In this document: positions 47,733 to 56,799 of the stretch, one piece after another
Layout of the letters: each line of letters starts with the position of its first letter
Numbering within the stretch: the first letter of the stretch is position 1
From: an uncultured Candidatus Binatia bacterium
GTDB lineage: Bacteria > Desulfobacterota > Binatia > UBA9968 > JAJDTQ01
Length of the DNA stretch: 64,000 bases
Direction of reading: 5' to 3'
NCBI GenBank assembly: GCA_965242525.1
Contig: OZ251459.1
Coordinates: 2,016,001 to 2,080,000, forward strand
The notes under the pieces: model-generated
The model's input: only the letters and a program-made list of their open reading frames with translations
Told to the model about the DNA's origin: nothing
The model's database searches: none
Position numbers and translations under genes: made by a program

Positions 47733-48731
47733 TCAGTAGGTGTCCAGCATCCGCTGGATGGAGTCCGGGTCGTGGGTGACGCTCAGGGCCAGGGCCAGCA
47801 GCACCCGGGCTTTCCAGGGTTGGAGATTGTCCGCGGCCACGACTCCCCGGGCGCGCAGCGACGGGCTGCGCGCCACCCGGCCGGAACCCACCCGGCTGCC
47901 GATGCAGATCATCACGCCCTTGCGGCGGGCGCGCTCCAGCGCCTCGTCCTGCGCCGGGGTGGGCCGGCCCGCCCCGGTGGCGGCGCAGACGATGCCCTTG
48001 GCGCCCGCGGCCACGCTGGCGTCGATCATGGCGCCGTCCGCTCCCGCGTGTGACACCACCACGTCCACCCGAGGCAGCGCCTCCAACCCGCTCACGTCGA
48101 ACTCGGTCCCGGTGGTGTGCGGCTTGACCGTGCGGTGGTAGTAGCGCACGCGGCCGTCCGCGTCGGCAAAGCCCAGGGGTCCCAGGTCCCGCCCCTGGAA
48201 CGCTTCCACGCGGTAGGTGGCCGTCTTGGTCAGGTCCCGGGCGCCGTAGATGCGGTCGTTCATCACCGCCAGCACACCGCACCCGCGGGAATGGGGCTCC
48301 GCGGCCACCCGCACGGCGTTGAGCAGGTTCAGGTAACCGTCCGCGCTCAACGCCGACGCCGGCCGCATGGACCCCACCAGCACCACCGGCCGGTCCGTCT
48401 TGAGGACCAAGTTCAGGAAGTAGGCCGTCTCTTCGAGGGTGTTGGTGCCGTGGGTGACGACCGCGCCGTCGGCTCGGTCCTGCGCAAAGACCTCGTGCAG
48501 CAGCTCCGTCAGGTCGAGCCAGTCCCGATCCGTCAGTGCGTGGCTCGGCAACCGCCGAAACAGCGTTTCCTCCACCGAGGCGATGTCCGCAAGCTCCGGG
48601 ACCGAGCCCACGAGATCCCCCGCATCGAGCCGCCGGTTGTTCTCGATGTACCAGGCAAGGTCCAGGCGGTCGGCTCCCACCGAGTCGATGGTGCCGCCGG
48701 TGACGATCAAGGCAACTCTGGGTAAGGCCAT
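47733..48731 (-). CDS. L-asparaginase/glutaminase family
   Basis: VTGGTI, VTHGTNTLEETAYFL, GSMRP, SADG. Confidence 0.9.
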   Translation of the reverse strand: MALPRVALIVTGGTIDSVGADRLDLAWYIENNRRLDAGDLVGSVPELADIASVEETLFRRLPSHALTDRDWLDLTELLHEVFAQDRADGAVVTHGTNTLEETAYFLNLVLKTDRPVVLVGSMRPASALSADGYLNLLNAVRVAAEPHSRGCGVLAVMNDRIYGARDLTKTATYRVEAFQGRDLGPLGFADADGRVRYYHRTVKPHTTGTEFDVSGLEALPRVDVVVSHAGADGAMIDASVAAGAKGIVCAATGAGRPTPAQDEALERARRKGVMICIGSRVGSGRVARSPSLRARGVVAADNLQPWKARVLLALALSVTHDPDSIQRMLDTY

Positions 48732-48773
48732 GTGGTCGCTTGGAGTCAGGACGGATGGGAAGGGAGAGAAGAT

Positions 48774-48815
48774 ACGCCGCCCACGGGCAACCTTGCGCCC
48801 TGGGCGGCGTTTTTT
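48774..48815. terminator. GC-rich hairpin, possible intrinsic terminator
   Basis: ACGCCGCCCA...TGGGCGGCGT followed by TTTTT on the + strand, just past the lipoprotein stop (the U-tract is on the opposite strand to that gene). Confidence 0.4.
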
Positions 48816-48822
48816 CCGCGGG

Positions 48823-49989
48823 TCAGGGACCGTCAGGGACCAGCTTTCCCCCGAATGCCCCGAAGTGATAAGCCGTATAGGCCGAACGGGGCCTGTTAAC
48901 GAAGATCCCCCCCACTTCGCCACCTTGATAAAACCTACCCTCCACTCTGCCAGGGCCATCTACAGGGGTAATCTGTCGTATGCCATTATCGAACGCCCCT
49001 TCATTATCAACGGGAATGTTCGACCAAGTCACTGGATAACCCGGGGTTGGAAAGTCTATCTCCAGGTTTAGTTGACCCCCTGTAGCACCCCTCGTATATG
49101 TCAACTCGAACTGTCCCACAGAGCCTTGGTACATCATGGTCTTTCCCCGATATACCCCGACAACGGGGGTGGTATCCATTATGCCCATGGAAATCATACG
49201 AGCATAAGTATTTAGACTGTAGAAATCGGACGGTGAGCTCTCACCGCTTGGCCTGGGTGTCTCCTCTAGAATAAATATGCTATTACTGAGCCAACGACCC
49301 CAATATCTCCTGGGGCCGGGCCTATCCTCCTCAAACCATCCTTCGATACTACCCACGGATAGAGCCCATTCTTCCCTTCTCGCTTCAGTCAGTAGTTCAG
49401 TCAGTGGCTTTGCGTTCGCAAGCATCTCTTTCACGACGGCTTGGCAGGCCGCAACGCCGCCGTCACATGTCGCTCCTGGAAAGTCGCTTGCTCGTGCGTG
49501 CGTCCGGTGGTTCATACGACCGATCAGACTAGGCAGTTCCCGCCAATCAACAAGCGGAGGTTCAACAGCCGGGGGTTCAATAACCGGATGGGCAAACTGG
49601 TCTCCGCCATCATCTGGCGGCGTTGTCGGAGTAGTCGGAGTTACAACCCGGACGCCTTGAATTTCAATCCGGAGGCTACCGGCCAGCAAGGTAACGGTAC
49701 CGTCGGCCGCAACCGTGATCCTGCAGTTTTCGCTGCCGGCAGAACACCTGATCACCGTCTCCATGCCGTCGGCTTCCCGAACCGGCAGGGACTCATCAGC
49801 AGGGATAGTGACAGTACCTGTCTGCAACGTATGACCCGGGGGCAAGGGTATAGGTCCCGGCCCAAAGGTTGGCGTAGGTGTCGGTGAAGCCCCACCTGCC
49901 ATGGACGCGCCCCTGCTACCGCCACCGCACCCGGCCAGCATCAACGCGCCTGCTACTGCCAACGCCAGGATGGTTCCTTTCATGTCCAT
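48823..49989 (-). CDS. Predicted surface lipoprotein with C-terminal beta-barrel-like (TbpB/Slam-substrate-like) end
   Basis: Lipobox LAGC-GGGS, Pro/Thr linkers, C-terminal GRFYQGGEVGGIF...GAFGG; lower GC. Confidence 0.65.
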   Translation of the reverse strand: MDMKGTILALAVAGALMLAGCGGGSRGASMAGGASPTPTPTFGPGPIPLPPGHTLQTGTVTIPADESLPVREADGMETVIRCSAGSENCRITVAADGTVTLLAGSLRIEIQGVRVVTPTTPTTPPDDGGDQFAHPVIEPPAVEPPLVDWRELPSLIGRMNHRTHARASDFPGATCDGGVAACQAVVKEMLANAKPLTELLTEARREEWALSVGSIEGWFEEDRPGPRRYWGRWLSNSIFILEETPRPSGESSPSDFYSLNTYARMISMGIMDTTPVVGVYRGKTMMYQGSVGQFELTYTRGATGGQLNLEIDFPTPGYPVTWSNIPVDNEGAFDNGIRQITPVDGPGRVEGRFYQGGEVGGIFVNRPRSAYTAYHFGAFGGKLVPDGP

Positions 49990-50128
49990 TCCTCCCGTCT
50001 ATTCAGGCTCGAAGCCCTGCCGCTGTTCATGGCGGCGGCGTGCAGCGTAGGGTTTGACGAGGGATGAAGGGTCCCCCGGTAGTGGAACCACACGCCGCCA
50101 AGCCCCGCAGCCCACTACCGATCCCATA

Positions 50129-50173
50129 TCCCACAGGGAGAGAAGATTCAAGCCGGAATTGTTCAGAGTTTCC
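50129..50173. repeat. MITE-A end fragment
   Basis: CCCACAGGGAGAGAAGATTCAAGCCGGAATTGTTCAGAGTTTCC matches the end of the 60800 and 33689 copies. Confidence 0.65.
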
Positions 50174-50288
50174 GTAAGGGAGTCGGGAGGGAGGAACGGC
50201 GCTGGCGCGGGCAGGCTCGGAGGGCGGGTGGCGGCGGTCCGGGCGTGTTGGGAGAGACAGCGCAGGCGCGCTGGCGCGGGCGGCCCGG

Positions 50289-52250
50289 TCAGGGCCGGCG
50301 GGGAAGGCGCAGGCGCGCCAGCACCGGGTCGTGGTCGCTGGCCCGGGCCGGGGTTGCCGCGAACTCCGCGTTGACGTGCACCACGTCCACCTCGGCCGAA
50401 GCGATCAGGGAGCCGCTGACCAGGATGTGGTCCAAGGCCTGTGCGTTGCCGTCGAAGACGTAGCTGTAGCGCTCGTTCGCGGGCAGCTTCCCGGTGAGGT
50501 TGTGGAGGCTCCGTTCGAGGATCTTCAGGGGGGAGACGAATTCGAGCTCGTTGAAGTCGCCCAGCACCACCACCGGGCCGCCGTCGCGGGCCTCGAGGGC
50601 GTTGGCTACGAACGCATGGACCGCGCGGGCCTGGGCCCGGCGCCGCTCCACGCCGCGGTTCACACGAGGGTCTTCCTGAAGCTCCGTCCAAGGCTGGATG
50701 CGGCCGAACGACGGGCTGCCGCCGATCCTGGCCCTGAAGTGGACGTTGACCACCGTCACCGGGCGGGCGGGCGGGTGGGCAGAAGCGCGCAACCGGAAAC
50801 CGGCCACCAGGGGCAGCACGCTCTTGAAGAAAGGGTTGCGCGGACGGGTGCGCTGGTTCCGGGGCTCGGTGACCGTGGCCACCGAGCCCGGCGCGAGCCG
50901 CACGCGCTTGGGGTTGTACAGGAAGGCCGCGCGGATGTTGCCGCCGGGCCGGCCGCCGCTGGTGTCGTCGCCGATGAAGGGGTTGTCGATGAACCTGTAA
51001 GCCGGCCCGCCCGCCGCGGCGATGCGCGCCGTCAGCAACCGCAAGGTCCGGTCGGCCGCGGTCACGGCCGTGTTGGCCGTGCCGTCGTTGTCCTGGACCT
51101 CCTGGAGGGCCACCACGTCGGGACCCCGCAGGTTCCGGGCGATGACCGAGGCCACCGCGTCGAAGCGGCCGTCCGCCACGTCCGCGTCGCCATCGGCGTC
51201 GTTGGGGTCCAGGTTGAGCACGTTGAAGGAGGCGATGGTCAGGTAACCGTCGCGCGGGACCAAGCGCGTGGTCTCCGGCTCCAACCGCCCCCGCGGGGGC
51301 GTCACCGCCTCGGTCCCCCGCACCTCGCTGCGAGCGGGGCGAGGACGTGGACTTCCGCGCCAAGGCGTCACCGCCTCGGTGAGCCGCACCTCGTAGTTGC
51401 CGAAGCCGTAGCTCATGACGCCCGTAGCATCGCCCAGGGAATCGCCCACGTTGACGCGCGGCATGGGCCGCGGGTGGAGTCCGGGGTCGTCGTCGAGCTG
51501 GATGCGCTCGGGGTTGAAGTCGTGCGGGGCCACATTCAGGGCGCCGCGCCGGCTCAGGCCCGAAGGAGAGGTCCCGCGGGCCACCACGAAGACCTCGCCA
51601 TAGCCGCTGGTGGGGCTGACGGCCACCGCGTCCCTCACCATGACCCGCATGCCTTCCAGGGTCTCGTAGAAGTCGATGCCGTCCTCTCCCGGGTCGAAGA
51701 CCGCGAAGTTGTCGTTGTCGATGACCTCCGTGGGCGGGAGGCGTCCGCCGCTCCCCAGCACCGCGGGCGCGGGAAGGCGGTTGCCGCGCGACGTGCGCGC
51801 CACGCGCGGGCGCGTCAACTGCGTGAGTGTCAGGTTGTGGGTCGATGGCCCGCCGGGCTGGTATTCGGTCACCACTCCGCGCACGCACAGCCCGTCGCCC
51901 GCCTTCACCCCGGGCCTCCGCCGGGTGAAGACGAAGATGCCTTCCGAGGTATGTGGGTCGCCGTCTCCCGCGGGGTCCTGCAGGTAGAACCCGTCGGTGT
52001 CCACCGCGGTCACCACGCCGCCGGTGGTGACCGTGCGCCCACGGAGCGGCGATGTATGGGTCCGGCCCTGGATGCTCGCGATGGGAGTCGCCTTCGAGCC
52101 CCCGGAGATGCGGCCCTTGCAGGCCGGACCCGCCGCCCAGGCGCCGACCACCCCCTCCGCCGCACCCGCGAGCAGCAGGACGGCCGTCACCGCAGCCGTC
52201 ACTGCGTGGCAGCCGAACCGCGTGACCCATCGGAGCGCCCTTCCCGTCAT
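50289..52250 (-). CDS. Extracellular nuclease (OB fold + endonuclease/exonuclease/phosphatase; ExeM/NucH-like)
   Basis: Signal peptide, GFYLQD, SEGIFV, ASFNVLNL, ALQEVQD, LGDFN, LDHIL, SDHDP. Confidence 0.9.
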   Translation of the reverse strand: MTGRALRWVTRFGCHAVTAAVTAVLLLAGAAEGVVGAWAAGPACKGRISGGSKATPIASIQGRTHTSPLRGRTVTTGGVVTAVDTDGFYLQDPAGDGDPHTSEGIFVFTRRRPGVKAGDGLCVRGVVTEYQPGGPSTHNLTLTQLTRPRVARTSRGNRLPAPAVLGSGGRLPPTEVIDNDNFAVFDPGEDGIDFYETLEGMRVMVRDAVAVSPTSGYGEVFVVARGTSPSGLSRRGALNVAPHDFNPERIQLDDDPGLHPRPMPRVNVGDSLGDATGVMSYGFGNYEVRLTEAVTPWRGSPRPRPARSEVRGTEAVTPPRGRLEPETTRLVPRDGYLTIASFNVLNLDPNDADGDADVADGRFDAVASVIARNLRGPDVVALQEVQDNDGTANTAVTAADRTLRLLTARIAAAGGPAYRFIDNPFIGDDTSGGRPGGNIRAAFLYNPKRVRLAPGSVATVTEPRNQRTRPRNPFFKSVLPLVAGFRLRASAHPPARPVTVVNVHFRARIGGSPSFGRIQPWTELQEDPRVNRGVERRRAQARAVHAFVANALEARDGGPVVVLGDFNELEFVSPLKILERSLHNLTGKLPANERYSYVFDGNAQALDHILVSGSLIASAEVDVVHVNAEFAATPARASDHDPVLARLRLPRRP

Positions 52251-52322
52251 GGGTAACCGAATACCACGCGCCGTCTGGCAGGGCCAAGGCGCCGACCTCG
52301 TAATTCCCACAGACGCACACGC

Positions 52323-52733
52323 CCCGTCATTCCCGCGAAAGCGGGAATCCATTTTCCTCGACCTCGTTGTACAAACATCTCCAGGTCGGAGGACTCTTCT
52401 CGATCAACCCGATCTTCCATGCCCGATTCCATTTCCTGACCGCCTCTTCTCTCTGGATAGCGATTTCCATGGATTCAGGAACCCCGTATCCAATCCACTG
52501 GTCACAGTGATGCAGGGCGCCATGAGGTTCGCTCGCAGGGATGGAAACACGGGGGTTTTCAATGGGAATGGATGGATTCCTGCTTTCGCGGGAATGACGG
52601 GGTGGGCGTCCGCGGCGCCTGCCTCCAGGCTTACTGCCTGATGGGGCAGGTCCGCAGAAACGGTGGAATGACGGCGTGATCCCTGCCTCTCCCCTTTCCC
52701 TCCTGCCTTACCCACACGAAAGCCGGAAGAGAC
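52323..52733. mobile_element. MITE-B copy lacking one end, with the longest GIY-YIG remnant
   Basis: Palindromes at 52323-52351 and 52573-52601; ISL3-type end ACCCACACGAAAGCCGGAAGAGAC at 52710-52733. Confidence 0.8.
52350..52562 (-). pseudogene. Internally deleted GIY-YIG nuclease (YhbQ/UPF0213-like) remnant
   Basis: Manual translation: N-terminal KTP/VSIPASEPHGALH/TVTSGL (frameshifted) and C-terminal SMEIAIQREEAVRKWNRAWKIGLIEKSPPTWRCLYNEV. Confidence 0.8.
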
Positions 52734-52801
52734 CGAGAGTTCTCCCCTGCCTCCACGTGCGGCCGGTTGCCCAGGGTTCGCGCTTGCGGGTATGATCGGA
52801 A

Positions 52802-53006
52802 GGAACGTCCGATCAATTCCGGCTCGAGGTCCTTCTCCCGGTGGGAAAGGGCGTCCTTCGACTTCGCTTCGCTACGCTCAGGACGAACGGAGGACTCGTT
52901 TTGCTACGCTCAGGATGAACGGAGGTTCGCTACTCTACGCTCAGGATGAGCGGAGGACTTCGCTTCGCTACCCTCGGGACGAACGGGGATATCGTTCAGG
53001 GTTTCC
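52802..53006 (+). mobile_element. MITE-A with internal 4x tandem expansion
   Basis: Perfect GGAA duplication; unit CTAC(G/C)CTC(A/G)GGA(C/T)GA(A/G)CGG repeated four times. Confidence 0.85.
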
Positions 53007-53176
53007 GGAAGCCGGTTTCAGGAAGATTTGGCCTATCGACCACGGAAAGGAGGGCTTGTCGTCAAGGAACCGACCATGCGGCCGGCGGCGACAGGCGAGA
53101 CCCGTTGAGCGCTGATACCACCATCCGGGAAGGACGGCTTCGACCTGTTCCTGACCCGGGAGAGAGTCGAGGCAGG

Positions 53177-56100
53177 TTGAGCGACGATACCACCATCCGG
53201 GAAGGACAGGTCCTGACCGGGCCGCTGTTCAGCGAGCCCATGCGGGTGGAGACCTTGCGGCCCATCGGGCCTGACGCCCTGGAAGCGGGGCTGGTGGGGC
53301 AGCGGACGGAACGGTTCCGGCGGGTCACGCTGACCGGGAGCGACCTGCGGGGACTGGCCATCGCCAACCCGTCTCCTTCCTACGACGGCGACGGAGGGCT
53401 GCTGCGGCTTGGGCTCCAGGCATACTCCCTGGGCATCGCCTACGAGTTCGACCCCTGTTTCGGGCTGTCCGTCTCGCGGGTGGACCCCCTGCCCCACCAG
53501 TTGGAAGCGGTCTATGACCATCTCCTCAAGCTCCCCAGCGTCCGGTTCCTGCTGGCCGACGACGCCGGCGCCGGCAAGACCATCATGGCGGGCCTGCTGG
53601 TGCGCGAGCTCAAGCTGCGCGGCCTGGTGGAGCGCGTCCTGGTGGTCTGCCCCGCGAACCTGACCTTCCAGTGGCAGCGGGAGCTCAGGGAGAAGTTCGA
53701 CGAGAAGTTTTCCGTGTTCAGGGGCAGCGACATCCACAACCAGTTCGGACTGAACCAGTGGATCGAACAGAGGCAGGTCATCACCTCCCTCGACTTGGCC
53801 AAGCGCTCCGACATCCTGCCGTCACTGCGCCAAGCGCATTGGGACCTGGTGATCGTGGACGAGGCCCACCGCATGTCGGCGCGGGACGAGACCCACAAGA
53901 GCCAGCGCTACCGGCTGGGGGAGATCCTCCGGGACAGCGCGGACAACGTGTTGCTGCTCACCGCCACCCCGCACAAGGGCGACCCCCACAACTTCACACT
54001 GTTCCTGCAACTGCTGGACCGGGACGCCTACGCCGACGTGCGCTCCATCCGAGAGGCCATGGAGCGGCGGCGCGCCCCCTTCTACCTGCGCCGGACCAAG
54101 GAGGCCATGTGCTACTTTCCGGAGCGCCGGACGGACGGGGGATGGGCCGCCAAGCCCGTGTTCACCAAACGCATCACGCACACCGCGGGCTTCGCCATGG
54201 ACGGCGCCGAGTTCGAGCTGTACCAGGCGGTCACCCGCTTCGTGAAGCGGCAGAGCGCCCGGGCCGCGGCCCAGGGCGACGACCCGCGGGCCCGGGCCGT
54301 GGGCTTCCTCATGTCGTTGTACCAGCGGCGTCTGGCCTCCAGCGCCTACGCCATGCGGCGGTCCCTGGAGAACCGGGCCCGACGCCTGGAGGAGGGCCTC
54401 GACCGCGCCCGGGAGCTGGCGCGAACGGCGCCGCCGGACCTTCCCGACCCGGAAGAACTGGAGGAGATGGAGGACGCCGAGCGCGAACGCCTGGAACGGC
54501 TGCTGGAGGCGGTCACGCTGGCGGGCAACGCCGAACAGGTCCGTGAGGAAGCGGCCGAACTCCGCCAGCTTGCCGAAGCGGCGAAGGCGGTCGAAGGCCC
54601 CGAAGGCCAGGCGAAACTGGGACGCCTCCGGGACATCATGCAGGACCAGGGGTTCTTCGACCGCCCCGACCAGCGGTTGCTGGTCTTCACCGAGTTCAGG
54701 GACACCCTGGACTACCTGACGGACCAACTGAAGGCGTGGGGGTTCAAGGTCGGGTGCATCCACGGCGGCATGAAGGGCGGCTCGCGGGACGAACCGGGCT
54801 CGCGGGTCCATGCGGAACAGCAGTTCCGGGACGGCGAAGTCCAGGTGCTGGTGGCCACCGAAGCGGCCGGCGAAGGCATCAACCTCCAGTGCTGCCACAT
54901 CCTCTTCAACTACGACATCCCCTGGAACCCCAACCGGCTGGAACAGCGCATGGGCCGCATCCACCGCTACGGACAGCGCTCGGACTGCCTGATCTTCAAC
55001 TTCGTGGCCGCCAACACCATCGAAGGCCGGGTGCTCCGGCGCCTGCTGGACAAGCTCCAGGAGATCCGCGACGCCCTGGACGACGACGCGGTGTTCAACG
55101 TGGTGGGCGAGGTCTTGCCCTCCGCCCACGTGGAGCGGGTGCTGCGGGACTACTACGCGGGCAGGCTGGGGGACGCCGACCTGGAGGACCGGCTCCTGAA
55201 GGACGTGGACGAAGGGCGCTTCCGGGCCATCTGCCAGACGGCCCTGGAGGGCTTGGCCGCCAAGAAGCTGGACCTGGACATGCTCGTGGAGCGCCGCGCC
55301 CGGGCACGGGAACGGCGCGTGGTGCCCGAGACCCTGGCGCGTTTCCTCGCCGCAAGCGCCCCCGAGGCGGGCCTCACCCTCGACTTGGCCCCCGGCCTGC
55401 CCCATACCTTCGACCCGGGCCGGACGCCCACCGCGTTGAAGCGCTACGAACGGGAACCGGACTGGAGGCTTCCGGGACTCGTCTCCCGCTACCCTCGCCT
55501 GTCCACGGACCGGGGCGCCGCGGAGGCGCGCCACCTGGAATGGGTCACTCCCGGCCATCCCCTGTTCGAGGCCCTGCGCCGCCACAGTTTCGACCTGGCC
55601 CGGGATGCCTTCGCCAAAGGGGCCTGCTTCCATTCCCTGGAGCACCAAGCCCCGGCGCGGCTCGACTTCTACCGGGCGCGGGTGGTGGACGGCCTGGGGC
55701 GCGTGGTCCACGAACGGCTGTTCGCCCTGGAGTTGGCGGACGGCCGCGAGCCGCGCCTCCGGGAACCCGACGTCCTCGGCAACCTGACCCCTGCCGCGGC
55801 TTCGCACCCCCTGCCCGCGGCGGCCGCGCTTCCCGAAGCCGCGGCGTGGCTCAACGAGCACGCGCTCACGCCATTCCTCCAGGAGGTCCGGGAGGAGCGG
55901 GTCACCGAGATCGACCGCATCGCCGAGCACGTGGAGATGTCGCTCACCGAGGTGCTGCAACGCACGGACCGGGAGATGGGCCACGCCGCGGAGGAGGCGA
56001 AGAAACAGGCCACCGGCGCCGAAGGACGCATGGCGCAGGCCTACGCCCGCCACGACGAGGCCACGGCCCGGCGCGACCGGCGCAGGCAGGAACTCGACCG

Positions 56101-56620
56101 GCAACGGGCGTTGACCCTCCAGGGGGTCGAGCGGCTGGCCAGCGTCCTGGTGCTGCCCCATCCCGACGGCGAGACCCCCGAAGTGCGGCGGCTGCGCCCC
56201 AACCCGGAGACCGAACACACCGCCATGCAGGTGGCCATGGAGCACGAGAAGGCCCAGGGCCGCCAAGTCTTCGACGTCCACGAGAAGAACCTGGGCTACG
56301 ACGTGACCAGCCTGGACCTGGTATCGGGCGAACTGCGGCTGATCGAGGTCAAGGGACTCGCCGGGGCCAGGGGCGCGGTCCTGCTCACCCCCAACGAGCG
56401 GCGCGTGGCCGAGGACCGCCGGGACTGCTACTGGCTCTACGTGGTCACGGACTGCGCCGCGGAACCGGCCTTGCAGGACCCCATCCGGGACCCGGCCCGC
56501 TTCCCCTGGCGCGAGGTCCGCAAGGTGGCCCATTACTACCTGGGCGTGGATGCCCTGAAGCAGCCCACGGAGGTCCGGGAGGATGCGCCGTCTTACGACG
56601 GAGAGGACGGGGCGTCCTGA
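53177..56620 (+). CDS. SNF2-family helicase with C-terminal DUF3883 nuclease-like domain
   Basis: LLADDAGAGKT, VDEAH, LLTATPH, TEAAGEGINLQ, EQRMGRIHRYGQ, GYDVTS...IEVKG. Start uncertain (duplicated start region). Confidence 0.9.
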   Translation: MSDDTTIREGQVLTGPLFSEPMRVETLRPIGPDALEAGLVGQRTERFRRVTLTGSDLRGLAIANPSPSYDGDGGLLRLGLQAYSLGIAYEFDPCFGLSVSRVDPLPHQLEAVYDHLLKLPSVRFLLADDAGAGKTIMAGLLVRELKLRGLVERVLVVCPANLTFQWQRELREKFDEKFSVFRGSDIHNQFGLNQWIEQRQVITSLDLAKRSDILPSLRQAHWDLVIVDEAHRMSARDETHKSQRYRLGEILRDSADNVLLLTATPHKGDPHNFTLFLQLLDRDAYADVRSIREAMERRRAPFYLRRTKEAMCYFPERRTDGGWAAKPVFTKRITHTAGFAMDGAEFELYQAVTRFVKRQSARAAAQGDDPRARAVGFLMSLYQRRLASSAYAMRRSLENRARRLEEGLDRARELARTAPPDLPDPEELEEMEDAERERLERLLEAVTLAGNAEQVREEAAELRQLAEAAKAVEGPEGQAKLGRLRDIMQDQGFFDRPDQRLLVFTEFRDTLDYLTDQLKAWGFKVGCIHGGMKGGSRDEPGSRVHAEQQFRDGEVQVLVATEAAGEGINLQCCHILFNYDIPWNPNRLEQRMGRIHRYGQRSDCLIFNFVAANTIEGRVLRRLLDKLQEIRDALDDDAVFNVVGEVLPSAHVERVLRDYYAGRLGDADLEDRLLKDVDEGRFRAICQTALEGLAAKKLDLDMLVERRARARERRVVPETLARFLAASAPEAGLTLDLAPGLPHTFDPGRTPTALKRYEREPDWRLPGLVSRYPRLSTDRGAAEARHLEWVTPGHPLFEALRRHSFDLARDAFAKGACFHSLEHQAPARLDFYRARVVDGLGRVVHERLFALELADGREPRLREPDVLGNLTPAAASHPLPAAAALPEAAAWLNEHALTPFLQEVREERVTEIDRIAEHVEMSLTEVLQRTDREMGHAAEEAKKQATGAEGRMAQAYARHDEATARRDRRRQELDRQRALTLQGVERLASVLVLPHPDGETPEVRRLRPNPETEHTAMQVAMEHEKAQGRQVFDVHEKNLGYDVTSLDLVSGELRLIEVKGLAGARGAVLLTPNERRVAEDRRDCYWLYVVTDCAAEPALQDPIRDPARFPWREVRKVAHYYLGVDALKQPTEVREDAPSYDGEDGAS

Positions 56621-56641
56621 ACCGAGGTCGGAACGATGACG

Positions 56642-56772
56642 GGAACCTCTGAACAATCGGGAGAGAGCGTCCTTCGACTTCGCTTCGCTACGCTCAGGAC
56701 GAACGGGGATAGGGGCGTCAGGGTGAGGGAATCGGGAATCCATCCCGGATGTCTCGATTGTTCAGAGGTTCC
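56642..56772 (+). mobile_element. MITE-A copy
   Basis: Perfect 18-bp TIR GGAACCTCTGAACAATCG / CGATTGTTCAGAGGTTCC and GACG duplication. Confidence 0.92.
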
Positions 56773-56799
56773 GACGATAGCCGAGCACGAGGAGACCCG

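Noticed and set aside
52851-52990. CRISPR-like array of ~30-bp repeats
   Set aside because: Units are degenerate, the spacers are short and related to each other, the block lies inside a MITE, and there are no cas genes.
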